Source of the DNA: Acidimicrobiia bacterium
GTDB lineage: Bacteria > Actinomycetota > Acidimicrobiia > Acidimicrobiales > Ilumatobacteraceae
Assembly (NCBI GenBank): GCA_050248955.1
Contig: JBFWRK010000015.1
Location: 43,585-107,584, forward strand
Length of the DNA: 64,000 nucleotides
Direction: 5' to 3'
Part shown: piece by piece, positions 1 to 9,013 of the stretch
Layout: the number at the start of each line of letters is the position of its first letter
Position numbering within the stretch: the first letter of the stretch is position 1
Notes under the pieces: model-generated
What the model saw: only the letters and a program-made list of their open reading frames with translations
Database searches by the model: none
What the model was told of the DNA's origin: nothing
Position numbers and translations under genes: made by a program

Positions 1-669
1 CACCGCGACGTCGCCCGGATCTGGGAGCGGGTCTTCCGCAAGGCGGCGCTTCCTGTGGCATACAGCGAGGGCTTCTCACCGCGCCCGAAGCTCGCGTTCG
101 GGCTGGCGCTGCCGACGGGGGCGGAGTCGCTCGCCGAGTACGTCGACATCGAGCTCGTCGAGGAGCGCCCGCTCGCCGGACTCGCACCACTGTTGACCGA
201 TGCGATGCCGACCGGCTTCACCGTGCACGTCGTCGCTCCGGTCGATCGCTCGGCGACCTCGCTGCAAGAAGATGTCGAGGCGTGCACCTGGGAGATCACG
301 GTGCGCGACCTCGCGGCAGAGACCGTGGTCGCAGCGGTCGAGCGGGCGCTCGCAGCCGACACGCTGCCACTCGCCCGCGAACGCAAGGGTGAGCTCCGGG
401 TCGACGACCTTCGTCCCGGGATCGAGTCGTTGTCGGTCGACACGTCGGGCGTTGCGCCGACGATGCGGGCCGTCCTCGCGACCCGGCCGAGGGGGATGCG
501 GCCCGGCGAGCTCCTCGCCGTCTGCTTCCCCGACGTAGCACGTCCCGGCGATCTCGCCGGGAGACTGTTGCGAACCCATCAATGGATCGAGCGCGACGGT
601 GCGCGGCGGGAGTTGCTCCCGCTCGCCGGCGCCGGCGCGCCGCACACCCGGACCGTGGTGTGCGCATGA
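1..669 (+). CDS. C-terminal part of a DUF2344/TIGR03936-like (radical-SAM-linked) protein; the 5' end lies outside the window
   Basis: Frame 1 is open from base 1 to TGA 667-669. The motif VAYSEGFSPRPKLAFGLALPTG and the position directly upstream of RNase E/G match my recollection of this family (name from memory, not searched). Confidence 0.55.
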   Translation, partial: HRDVARIWERVFRKAALPVAYSEGFSPRPKLAFGLALPTGAESLAEYVDIELVEERPLAGLAPLLTDAMPTGFTVHVVAPVDRSATSLQEDVEACTWEITVRDLAAETVVAAVERALAADTLPLARERKGELRVDDLRPGIESLSVDTSGVAPTMRAVLATRPRGMRPGELLAVCFPDVARPGDLAGRLLRTHQWIERDGARRELLPLAGAGAPHTRTVVCA

Positions 670-684
670 GAAAGGACCTCGTCC

Positions 685-2856
685 ATGGACGAATCGACCA
701 CGAGCCCCGATGCCGCAGATCCGGGCGACGGCCAGTCGGCGCTGCCTGCCGACGTTGCTGCGTCCATCGCTGAGCCGCGCGCTGCCGAGCGCAGTGCCCT
801 CCGCGACGACGTCGCGGACAGTGAGGGAGCGGACGGCGGCGAGGACGGCGTCGACGTGGCCGAGGATGCGACCGACGACGCGACGGAGGAGTCGGCCGCG
901 GCGCGCGCCGCGAAGAAGCGCCGCCGGGGCTCCCGCGGTGGCCGGCGGCGCAAGCCGTCCAGCGTTGCCCCCGGAGGCGGCGAGGACGTCGATGATTCAG
1001 CCGGCGAGGACGATCGTGACGAGAGCGACGAGGATGACGGCGACGTCGCCGCATCGGGAGCGGATGCCGACGCGCCGGCGCCTGCGAAGCGACCGCCGGT
1101 GAAGCGGGCCCCGCGCAGTGACGGGGCGATCCGGGCCGGGGACGAGCAGAGCGCGGCGGTGCTCGACTCCCAGCCGGAGCTCCCCGAACGGGCGACGGAA
1201 GGCCGCGTCCACGACGCCGAGATCGCGGAGCGAGCACTCGTGCCACGAGCGCCGCGCATCGGCGACACCAGGCCTGCCCCACCCGCGCCACACGCGCCAC
1301 CCGGGCCGCCGCCGGCTGCTGCGGCTCCGGCCAAGGCCGGTGCGGCCCGCGCGAAGGGTCCCGCGCAGCGCCCGCCGCGCGGCAAGCAGGCGTCCGCCGC
1401 GGCGAGCGCTGCCGAGACGGAAGCACGCGAGGTGGGCGATGCCGACGCCGGCGGCGACAAGAAGAAGCGCCGCCGCCCCGAGCGCCAGAAGCGGGGCCCG
1501 GCGAAGACGTCGACGCTGGCCGAGATCGATCCCGACGTGCTCGAGCGCCGCCGTGGCAAGGAGCGCAACGGCCGTCCTGTCGGCCGCTACCTGATGTGCG
1601 TGCAGGCCCGCGAGTCGCTCACGCAGGTGGCGGTGCTCGAAGGCCGCAGCCTGATCGAGCACTACGTCAGCCGCCCGGCGGACGACATCAGCCAGATCCA
1701 CGGCAACATCTACCTCGGCCGGGTGCAGAACGTGCTGCCGGGCATGGAGGCTGCCTTCGTCGACATCTCGACACCGAAGAACGCGGTGCTCTACCGGGGT
1801 GACGTGCAGTACGACTCCGAGGACATCGTCGAGCGCGGCGACAAGCTGCGGATCGAGCAGATGCTGAAGTCGCGGCAGATGATCGTCTCGCAGGTGACGA
1901 AGAACCCGATCGGTGCGAAGGGTGCCCGCCTGACCCAGGAGGTGTCGTTGCCCGGCCGGTTCGTGGTGCTGATCCCGAACTCGAAGACCTATGGCATCTC
2001 GAAGCGGTTGCCCGACGACGAGCGCAAGCGGTTGCGGTCGATCCTCGACCGCGTGAAGCCGGCCGAGCACGGGCTGATCGTGCGCACCGCCGCCGAGGGC
2101 GCGACCGAGGAGGAGCTGCGCGCGGACGTGCTGCGCCTCGCTGCGACCTGGGCCGACATCGAGAAGCGCGCGGAGCAGGCCCGCCGCGCCAACCAAGCCC
2201 GACTGCTGTACCGAGAACCCGAGCTCGCGGTTCGCGTCATCCGCGAGGAGTTCAACGCCCAGTACCGCGGCGTCGTCATCGACGACCGCCGGCTGTACGA
2301 GGACGTGAAGTCCTACATCGAGGCGATGAACCCGGAACTGGCCGACCGTGTCGAGTTCTACGACTCGGAGGCCGAGGGTCTCTCGATGTTCGAGCGGTTC
2401 CACGTCCACGAGCAGCTCCACAAGGCGCTCGACCGCAAGGTCTGGCTCCCGTCGGGCGGCTCGTTGATCATCGAGCACACCGAGGCGCTCACCGTGATCG
2501 ACGTCAACACCGGCAAGAACGTCGGCACGTCGAACCTCGAAGAGACGGTGTTCCACAACAACTTGGAGGCCGCCGACGAGATCGCGCGGCAACTGCGGTT
2601 GCGGGACATCGGCGGCATCATCGTCATCGACTTCATCGACATGGAGATCCGCGAGAACCGCAGGAAGGTCGTCGACGCCTTCCGCGCCGCGCTCTCGCGT
2701 GACAAGACCAGGACCCAGGTGTTCGACATCTCCGAGCTCGGGATCGTCGAGATGACGCGCAAGCGGATCGGCGAGGGTCTGCTCACGAACTTCGCAGATC
2801 AGTGCCCGACCTGCGAGGGTCGGGGTGTCCTGATCGACCACACGTTGCTCGAATGA
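685..2856 (+). CDS. rne: Ribonuclease E/G family endoribonuclease with a ~300-aa low-complexity acidic/Arg/Pro-rich N-terminal extension
   Basis: S1-domain and catalytic-core motifs (GNIYLGRVQNVLPGMEAAFVDI, LIIEHTEALTVIDVNTG, C-terminal CPTCEGRG). AAAGGA RBS 8 nt upstream of ATG 685. Sits upstream of rplU-rpmA as in other actinobacteria. Confidence 0.9.
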   Translation: MDESTTSPDAADPGDGQSALPADVAASIAEPRAAERSALRDDVADSEGADGGEDGVDVAEDATDDATEESAAARAAKKRRRGSRGGRRRKPSSVAPGGGEDVDDSAGEDDRDESDEDDGDVAASGADADAPAPAKRPPVKRAPRSDGAIRAGDEQSAAVLDSQPELPERATEGRVHDAEIAERALVPRAPRIGDTRPAPPAPHAPPGPPPAAAAPAKAGAARAKGPAQRPPRGKQASAAASAAETEAREVGDADAGGDKKKRRRPERQKRGPAKTSTLAEIDPDVLERRRGKERNGRPVGRYLMCVQARESLTQVAVLEGRSLIEHYVSRPADDISQIHGNIYLGRVQNVLPGMEAAFVDISTPKNAVLYRGDVQYDSEDIVERGDKLRIEQMLKSRQMIVSQVTKNPIGAKGARLTQEVSLPGRFVVLIPNSKTYGISKRLPDDERKRLRSILDRVKPAEHGLIVRTAAEGATEEELRADVLRLAATWADIEKRAEQARRANQARLLYREPELAVRVIREEFNAQYRGVVIDDRRLYEDVKSYIEAMNPELADRVEFYDSEAEGLSMFERFHVHEQLHKALDRKVWLPSGGSLIIEHTEALTVIDVNTGKNVGTSNLEETVFHNNLEAADEIARQLRLRDIGGIIVIDFIDMEIRENRRKVVDAFRAALSRDKTRTQVFDISELGIVEMTRKRIGEGLLTNFADQCPTCEGRGVLIDHTLLE

Positions 2857-2896
2857 TTGTGGACGCCCACGCAGACCGATAGGATCGCCAACCGCT

Positions 2897-3208
2897 ATGT
2901 ATGCAGTGATCGCCACCGGCGGTAAGCAGGAACGTGTTGCCGAAGGCCAGCAGGTCGCGGTGGAGTTGCTCGGCGTCGAAGACGGTGCCGAGGTCAGCTT
3001 CCCAGCGGTGCTGCTCGTCGACGGAGCCACCGTCCTCGCCACGCCGGACCAGCTCAAGGGTGTGACCGTCACCGGTCGCGTCGTGGGCGAGACCAAGGGC
3101 CCGAAGATCGACGGGTTCACCTACAAGCGCCGCACGAACCAGCGCCGTCGCTACGGCCATCGTCAGCGCTACACGACTGTCGAGATCACGAAGATCGCGA
3201 AAGGCTGA
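2897..3208 (+). CDS. rplU: 50S ribosomal protein L21
   Basis: MYAVIATGGKQERVAEGQ N-terminus, 103 aa, immediately followed by L27. Confidence 0.97.
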   Translation: MYAVIATGGKQERVAEGQQVAVELLGVEDGAEVSFPAVLLVDGATVLATPDQLKGVTVTGRVVGETKGPKIDGFTYKRRTNQRRRYGHRQRYTTVEITKIAKG

Positions 3209-3211
3209 ACG

Positions 3212-3466
3212 ATGTCGAAGACCAAGGGTGGCGGCTCCACCCGAAACGGGCGTGACTCCAACGCACAGCGCCTCGGCGTGAAGGTGTTCGACGGCACGGA
3301 GATCCACGCCGGCACGATCATCCTCCGCCAGCGGGGTACGAAGTTCCATCCGGGCGAGAACGTCGGCCGCGGTGGCGACGACACCTTGTTCGCCCTGATC
3401 AACGGCAGCGTGAAGTTCGGCGCTCGTCGCGGCCGCAAGGTCGTCGACGTCCTCCCGCTCGACTGA
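3212..3466 (+). CDS. rpmA: 50S ribosomal protein L27
   Basis: [20 protein letters not shown] signature, 84 aa, starts 3 nt after the rplU stop. Confidence 0.97.
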   Translation: MSKTKGGGSTRNGRDSNAQRLGVKVFDGTEIHAGTIILRQRGTKFHPGENVGRGGDDTLFALINGSVKFGARRGRKVVDVLPLD

Positions 3467-3489
3467 CCACGCACCGACCAGACGCACTC

Positions 3490-3519
3490 CTCGGCCCCGG
3501 CGACCACGCCGGGGCCGAG
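3490..3519 (+). terminator. GC-rich stem-loop downstream of rpmA; possible intrinsic terminator without a U-tract
   Basis: Perfect 12-bp inverted repeat ctcggccccggc / gccggggccgag with a 6-nt loop, 24 nt after the rpmA stop. No T-run follows, so function is uncertain. Confidence 0.45.
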
Positions 3520-3531
3520 TCGCGTCGCCGT

Positions 3532-4728
3532 GTGGATCGCCGGCACCGCCTCGCCACCGATCCTGCGTACACCTACCTGCTCAGCTTCGTCGCGATCGGG
3601 CTGCTGCTCAGCGTGATCGGGCCGGCACTGACCCAACTGCGCCGCCAGGTCGGCGTCTCGCTCGCGTCGATCTCCGTGCTCTTCGCCGTGCAGTCGCTCG
3701 GCTACCTCCTCGGGTCGATCCTCGGAGGGCGGCTCTACGACCGCGGGCTGGGGCACCGGGTCATGGCGGGCGCGCTGGTCGCGTGCGGGATCAGCATCGC
3801 GCTCGTCCCGGCGGTCGGCACCCTCGTCGGGCTGAGCTGCCTGTTCTCGGTGATCGGCTTCGGCGCCGCGGCGATCGACGTGGGTGGCAACACCCTCCTG
3901 GTGTGGAGCCGAGGCGACGCCGTCGGGCCGATGATGAACGCGCTCCACTTCAGCTTCGGTGTCGGCGCCCTCCTGAGCCCGGTGCTCATCGACCGTTCGA
4001 TCGCCTGGGGTGGTGACCTGCGGATCGCGTGCTGGCTGGCAACCGCGCTCAGCGTGGCGATCGCCGCAGTCCTGCTCACCCGCCCTGCACCGTCCAGGTC
4101 ACGGATCGAGGTCGTGCGCCCACCGGGTTCGCGCCGGCCCCGGCCGCCGGCGCTGCTCGTCGCATTCGCCGTCTTCTTCCTGCTCTACGTCGGTGTCGAG
4201 CTTGGGTTCGCCGGATGGATCCACACCTACGGTGAAGAGCTCGAGCTGGGCGGACCCCGGGGGCCGGCGCTGCTGACGGCGCTGTTCTGGATCGGCTTCA
4301 CGGGCGGGCGGCTGCTCGGCGTGGTCTTCGCCCGGCGGGTGGAACCCGCGACGATGCTGCTCGGTTCCTGCCTCGTCGCCGTGGTCGCTGTCGGCGGTCT
4401 CGTGCTCGGCGACGGCACGCCTGCAGTGGTCTGGATCGGCACGTTCGTGTTCGGGCTCGGCGTCGCCCCGCAGTTCCCGACGATGATCTCGTTCGCCGAA
4501 GCGCACCTGCGCCTGACTGGATCGGACACCTCGTGGTTCGTCGGCGCTGCCGGACTCGGCGGGCTGGTCCTGCCGTGGGCGATCGGCCAGGTGATCAGCG
4601 AGACCGACGTCCATGCGATGCCGTTGATCGTGTTCGCCGTCGCCGCGGCGACCCTGCTCTGGTTCCTCGTCGTGCGCGGCATCGCTGCTCGCCACCTCGA
4701 ACGTCGCGACGCCAGCGGCGGTCCGTAG
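3532..4728 (+). CDS. MFS-type transporter
   Basis: 398 aa, about 12 hydrophobic segments, Gly-rich MFS-like loops (GGRLYDRGLGHR). GTG start; high GC3. Confidence 0.7.
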   Translation: MDRRHRLATDPAYTYLLSFVAIGLLLSVIGPALTQLRRQVGVSLASISVLFAVQSLGYLLGSILGGRLYDRGLGHRVMAGALVACGISIALVPAVGTLVGLSCLFSVIGFGAAAIDVGGNTLLVWSRGDAVGPMMNALHFSFGVGALLSPVLIDRSIAWGGDLRIACWLATALSVAIAAVLLTRPAPSRSRIEVVRPPGSRRPRPPALLVAFAVFFLLYVGVELGFAGWIHTYGEELELGGPRGPALLTALFWIGFTGGRLLGVVFARRVEPATMLLGSCLVAVVAVGGLVLGDGTPAVVWIGTFVFGLGVAPQFPTMISFAEAHLRLTGSDTSWFVGAAGLGGLVLPWAIGQVISETDVHAMPLIVFAVAAATLLWFLVVRGIAARHLERRDASGGP

Positions 4729-4814
4729 GGCGCCGGGAACGCCGCGCCGCAGCGCCGTGGCAGGCTGCCGGTCGGGTCGCTCTGGGCAACGAGGATCGCA
4801 ACAGGAGGTGCTCC

Positions 4815-6089
4815 ATGTGGTGGTTGATCGGAGTCGTGCTCGTTGTCGTCGTGATCGCGTCAGCCGGCCTGATTCTCGGCCAGCGCCGCCGCGGTCGCGA
4901 CGGTCGGTGGCGGTCGACTCGGCAGCGGTCCACTGCGCCCGCCGGCACACCACCGCCGAGGAGCGCCACCCCGCCAGCGTCAGAGGAGCCATCGGTCATC
5001 AACGACCCCGAGACCGCGATCACGGCCGTGTACCCGGAGTGGGTGCAGCCGGTCGTCGGGAACACGCTGCTCGTCTTCGCGCACCAGATCACCTCGTTTC
5101 GCGACGAGTTCGGTACCGAACGCTTCCCCGACGAGGTGATCGCCGAGCTCGCTCGTCGCGAGTTCGACTCCACCGACGAGCTCGCCTCGACGCGCGTCGC
5201 GGCGCTGCCCGAGCTGAAGCGGGGCGTCGAGCTGACCCTGAGCGTCGAGATCGACGGCGCCGAGGTGTGGCCCCGCAGCCAGACCCAGCCGCTCGAGGAA
5301 CCGGTGCAGCGGGCGATGTTCAGGTTCCGGTTCCCGCAGCTGCCGCCCGATGGACGGGCCACGGGGGAGGTCACGGCGATGGTCGGCCCGCTCACCGTCG
5401 CCGTAGTCCCGATCGAGTTGCAGGTCGCACTCATCAACGCGTTCGTGTCGGCACGTCCCAAGCGGTCGACCGCGCACGTCTACCAGTCGATCTTCGCGTC
5501 GTACTCGCATCGCGACACCGAGATCGTCGAGGAGATCGAGCGGGCGATCGCGGCGCTCGGCAACCCATACCTGCGCGACGTGGCCGCGCTCCGCAGCGGT
5601 GAGGAGTGGGACGAGCAGCTGCTCGAGATGATCGACGGTGCCGACCTGTTCCAGCTCTTCTGGTCGTCGAACTCGATGAGATCGCCGCACGTCCGCCGGG
5701 AGTGGGAGCACGCGCTCGCCCTGAACCGGCAGGGGTTCATCCGCCCGATCCGCTGGGAGGACCCGATGCCGACGGACCTCGTGGCCGGTCTTCCCCCGCC
5801 AGCGTTGAGCAAGCTCCACTTCCACCTGTACGAGCGGGCACACGACTCCCGCCCGGTGCCGCCGGCTGCTCCGCTGCTCCCGCCACCCACATCCAGGGAT
5901 GTCAGCGTCCCGCCACCGCCACCGCCACCGCCACCGCCGGCGGCGCGCCTACCTCCTGCTCCCGTTCAGTCGGCGCACCCGCCGCCGTCCTTGCCGCACG
6001 CCGGGCCTCGCCGGTCGCGGCGGCTCGTCGGCGTCGCGGCGATCGCCTTGGCCGTCGCGCTCGCGGTGCTGCTGGTCGTGATCCTGTAG
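4815..6089 (+). CDS. TIR-like domain protein with an N-terminal TM helix, a Pro-rich linker and a C-terminal TM tail anchor
   Basis: ATG 4815 is preceded by AGGAGG (4804-4809); the upstream part of the listed ORF (4533-) is Arg-rich junk. TIR-like block IFASYSHRD...LFQLFWSSNSMRSPHVRREWEHAL spans about 5481-5775. Hydrophobic helices at both termini. Confidence 0.7.
   Translation: MWWLIGVVLVVVVIASAGLILGQRRRGRDGRWRSTRQRSTAPAGTPPPRSATPPASEEPSVINDPETAITAVYPEWVQPVVGNTLLVFAHQITSFRDEFGTERFPDEVIAELARREFDSTDELASTRVAALPELKRGVELTLSVEIDGAEVWPRSQTQPLEEPVQRAMFRFRFPQLPPDGRATGEVTAMVGPLTVAVVPIELQVALINAFVSARPKRSTAHVYQSIFASYSHRDTEIVEEIERAIAALGNPYLRDVAALRSGEEWDEQLLEMIDGADLFQLFWSSNSMRSPHVRREWEHALALNRQGFIRPIRWEDPMPTDLVAGLPPPALSKLHFHLYERAHDSRPVPPAAPLLPPPTSRDVSVPPPPPPPPPPAARLPPAPVQSAHPPPSLPHAGPRRSRRLVGVAAIALAVALAVLLVVIL
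5910..5939 (+). repeat. (CCGCCA)4-CCGCCG hexanucleotide repeat encoding ten consecutive prolines
   Basis: Read directly from the sequence; lies inside the TIR-like CDS. Confidence 0.9.
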
Positions 6090-6106
6090 CACCGGGCGGC
6101 GTTCGC

Positions 6107-6148
6107 TTGACGCTCATCGGGATCGCTCTCATACTTTCTCGGAGCGAT
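6107..6148 (+). promoter_or_regulatory. Candidate sigma-70-type promoter overlapped by a 7-bp inverted repeat, upstream of the protease/giant-ORF operon
   Basis: TTGACG (6107-6112), 17-nt spacer, CATACT (6130-6135), in a locally AT-richer patch. The inverted repeat atcgctc (6122-6128) / gagcgat (6142-6148) brackets the -10 region. Confidence 0.3.
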
Positions 6149-6237
6149 GCACAGGTTGCCCAGATGGGGTGGAGGCGCCTAGGCGGGTTATGGCTCGTCA
6201 CCGAGTGCCCCTCGACGTTCGTCGCGCCGGAGGACCG

Positions 6238-7632
6238 ATGCCGAGGTCACGCGAGGAGTGGGAGGCGGAGCAGAACCGGCTGCTGGCCGGCTACGAATCC
6301 GTGCGCGCTCGCCTCATGCAGATCCCCGGCGTCGTCGAGGTGGGTGTCGGCCTCCGCTGCCGTGACGGCGCGATCGAGGAAGAGGCGGTCTACGTCGTCT
6401 CCGTGGTCGAGAAGCTCCCACCAGATCAGGTGCCGGACGGCGAGCTGGTTCCGCCGACGATCGACGGCGTTCCCACCGATGTCGAGGTCTTCCACGAGCC
6501 GCGACTGCTGCTCGGGTTCGGCGACGAGGACGACACCAAGAACTACGCGACGAAGGTCGGCGGCATCAGCATCAGCGCCGACGGAGCGGGAGGCAGGGGC
6601 ACGCTCGGCTGCTTCTGCAGGGACAACACGAACAACACGGTCGTGATGCTGAGCAACCACCACGTGCTCATGGCCCGCTCGGCCGAAGCGGGGTCGGGCG
6701 TCGGCCAGCCCGAGCACGAGTCGTCGTGCTGTTGCACCTGCAACGAGATCGGCAAGGTGGTGCGGGGCGACAAGAACATCGACGGCGCAATCGCCACGAT
6801 CAACGCCGATGTGCCTTTCTTCCCGAAGGTGCGGCGGATCAAGCGGAGTGACGGCACGGTCGAGGAGGAGGGGCTGATCAACGGTGTCGCCGACCCGGTC
6901 ATGAACCAGATCGTCTGGAAGGTCGGCAAGAAGACCGGGTTGACGAGGGGCAGGATCAGCAAGGTCACGCCGCGATTCGAGGTGAGCGTCGAGGCCGCCT
7001 TCACCAGGTTCGCCGACAAGGGTGATTCGGGATCGGTGGTGGTGGAGAAGGCGAGCGGCAACGTCGTGGGGCTCCTCAACGGGATCACCACCGAGGCAGG
7101 GACCGTCGGCGTGATGCGGAGCATCACGGCGGTCCAGAACGTGCTCAACATCACCGTCCTCGTCAGCGACCCGAGCGCTGTCTACACGGAGGCCGCCGAC
7201 GACGAGGACGACGAGGAGCTCTTCCCACTCCCGGCTGCTTCCCCCTTCGAGTCGCTCGTGGAGCGTCTGCGGACGAGTGAGCCGACGCGCGAGATCCTCG
7301 TGGCCCTCCAGCGCCACGTCCCCGAGGCGCTCACCCTCGTGAACCGCCGCCGGGCGTTCACGGTGGCCTGGCACCGGAACCGTGGCCCGGCGTGGCTCGC
7401 GGCGTTCGGGCGCAGCGCCCGCGACCCGATCTACCGGGTGCCGGAGGAGATCGACGGCGTGCAACGCGCCGAAGCACTCGCTGCGATCGCAACCGCACTT
7501 CGGGCGGAGGCGAGCGATCTGCTGGCCGCCGATCTCGACCACTTCGGACCGACGCTGCTGACGGCGTTCCAGTCCTCCGGCACCGTCGACGAGCTCCTCG
7601 GCCGGTTCGAACCAGGGCTGGTCGGCTCATGA
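6238..7632 (+). CDS. Trypsin/chymotrypsin-fold serine protease, paralog A (N-terminal alpha/beta domain, S1-like core, C-terminal helical domain); no signal peptide
   Basis: His/Asp/Ser contexts LSNHHVL, IDGAIA, KGDSGS. Start chosen at ATG 6238 (GGAGGA 6229-6234) by alignment with the N-terminus of paralog B. CCCTC motif at 6727-6741. Confidence 0.85.
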   Translation: MPRSREEWEAEQNRLLAGYESVRARLMQIPGVVEVGVGLRCRDGAIEEEAVYVVSVVEKLPPDQVPDGELVPPTIDGVPTDVEVFHEPRLLLGFGDEDDTKNYATKVGGISISADGAGGRGTLGCFCRDNTNNTVVMLSNHHVLMARSAEAGSGVGQPEHESSCCCTCNEIGKVVRGDKNIDGAIATINADVPFFPKVRRIKRSDGTVEEEGLINGVADPVMNQIVWKVGKKTGLTRGRISKVTPRFEVSVEAAFTRFADKGDSGSVVVEKASGNVVGLLNGITTEAGTVGVMRSITAVQNVLNITVLVSDPSAVYTEAADDEDDEELFPLPAASPFESLVERLRTSEPTREILVALQRHVPEALTLVNRRRAFTVAWHRNRGPAWLAAFGRSARDPIYRVPEEIDGVQRAEALAAIATALRAEASDLLAADLDHFGPTLLTAFQSSGTVDELLGRFEPGLVGS

Positions 7633-9008
7633 TCAGCTACGCCGAGAAGAAGGCGGAGACCGAGCGCCTGCTCGCGCTGCTGCCCGAGGTGAGATCGCAG
7701 CTCATGCGGATCCCAGGCGTGACTCGCGTCGCGGTCGGGATCCGCGAACGGGCGGGTCAGCTCACCGAGGAGTTCGTCTTCCGGGTGCACGTCGAGGACA
7801 AGCGCCCCGAGTCGGAGCTGACGCCCGAGGAGGTCGTGCCCAGGATGATCGCGGGCGTGCCCACCGATGTCGTGCTCAAGCGGCGGGCCGTGCCCGAGGT
7901 CGGGTTCAACGACGAGAACGACCGCACGTCGTACTCACCGAAGGTCGGTGGCAGCCGGATCGGCGCCGAGGTCGCTGGCGGCACGGGCACGCTCGGGTGC
8001 TTCTGCAAGCGCACCGACAGCGATGCAACGGTGCTGCTCAGCAACTGGCACGTGCTGATCGATCCAGGTGGCGACATCGGCGACGGCGTGGGTCATCCCA
8101 AGTGGCGCACGTCGTGCTGCTGTGCGTGCGGGAAGATCGGCGAGGTGCTCGACTTCGACGAGGACCTCGACTGCGCGATCGCCGAGCTCGATTCGGGAGT
8201 CGTGTTCGCGCCGAAGATCCGCCGGATCCTGCGGCCCGACGGAACGGTCGAGCAGGAAGGCATCATCGCAGGGAGCGCGGCTCCGGCGGTCCTCGACGAG
8301 GTGTGGAAGGTGGGCGCCCGCACCGGCCTGACGCGGGGGATGATCACCGACGTCGACGAGTCGGAGATCGAGGTGCACCCGCTCGATCCCTTCACCCGCA
8401 TGAGCAACAAGGGTGATTCCGGGTCGGTCTACGTCAGCCTCGCCACCGGGATGGTGTGCGCACTGCACAACCAGGGCGACGGCACGCTCGGCTTCGGCAT
8501 CCCGATCGACAAGGTCATGCTCGCGCTCAAGATCGAGGTGATCCCGACGGACACCGACACCGAATTCGAGGTGATCGACTGGGTCGAGTCCAATGGGCGA
8601 CCGCCCGTCACCTCGCCGTTCGACGACGTGGTCGACGGACTCCGCACCACTCCTGCAGGCCGAGACCTCCTGCACCTGTTCGACCGGCATCGTTCGGAAT
8701 GCCTCGACCTCGTGAACCACGTGCGCCGGTTCACGGTCGCATGGCATCGCAGCCAGGGGCCCGCATACGTCGCCGCACTCGCCCGAAGCGCTCGGGATCC
8801 GTCGTTCCGCATCCCGCGGACGTTCGCCGGGGTAGAGCGTTCGGTTGCGACGCGGCAGCTCTCCGACGCGCTGCGAAGGCTCGGGAGCCACGAGCTGGTC
8901 GCCGACCTCGACTCGTGGGGCCCACCACTCCAGCGGGCGCTGTCCGAGGGTGACAGCGTGGCCGAGCTGATCGAGATCTGGGAGGACAGCCGGCAACCCG
9001 CCGGCTGA
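7629..9008 (+). CDS. Trypsin/chymotrypsin-fold serine protease, paralog B
   Basis: ATGA start/stop overlap with paralog A (7629-7632). LSNWHVL, LDCAIA, KGDSGS. CCCAC motif at 8115-8129. Alignable with paralog A over its full length, including the C-terminal FTVAWHR...SARDP domain. Confidence 0.85.
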   Translation: MISYAEKKAETERLLALLPEVRSQLMRIPGVTRVAVGIRERAGQLTEEFVFRVHVEDKRPESELTPEEVVPRMIAGVPTDVVLKRRAVPEVGFNDENDRTSYSPKVGGSRIGAEVAGGTGTLGCFCKRTDSDATVLLSNWHVLIDPGGDIGDGVGHPKWRTSCCCACGKIGEVLDFDEDLDCAIAELDSGVVFAPKIRRILRPDGTVEQEGIIAGSAAPAVLDEVWKVGARTGLTRGMITDVDESEIEVHPLDPFTRMSNKGDSGSVYVSLATGMVCALHNQGDGTLGFGIPIDKVMLALKIEVIPTDTDTEFEVIDWVESNGRPPVTSPFDDVVDGLRTTPAGRDLLHLFDRHRSECLDLVNHVRRFTVAWHRSQGPAYVAALARSARDPSFRIPRTFAGVERSVATRQLSDALRRLGSHELVADLDSWGPPLQRALSEGDSVAELIEIWEDSRQPAG

Positions 9009-9013
9009 GCATC

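Noticed and set aside
296-1568. Minus-strand ORFs (296-1426 and 579-1568) and alternative plus-frame ORFs over the 5' part of rne.
   Set aside because: They overlap the low-complexity, GC-rich N-terminal region of RNase E. Their products are Arg/Pro/Ala homopolymer-like and have no independent support.
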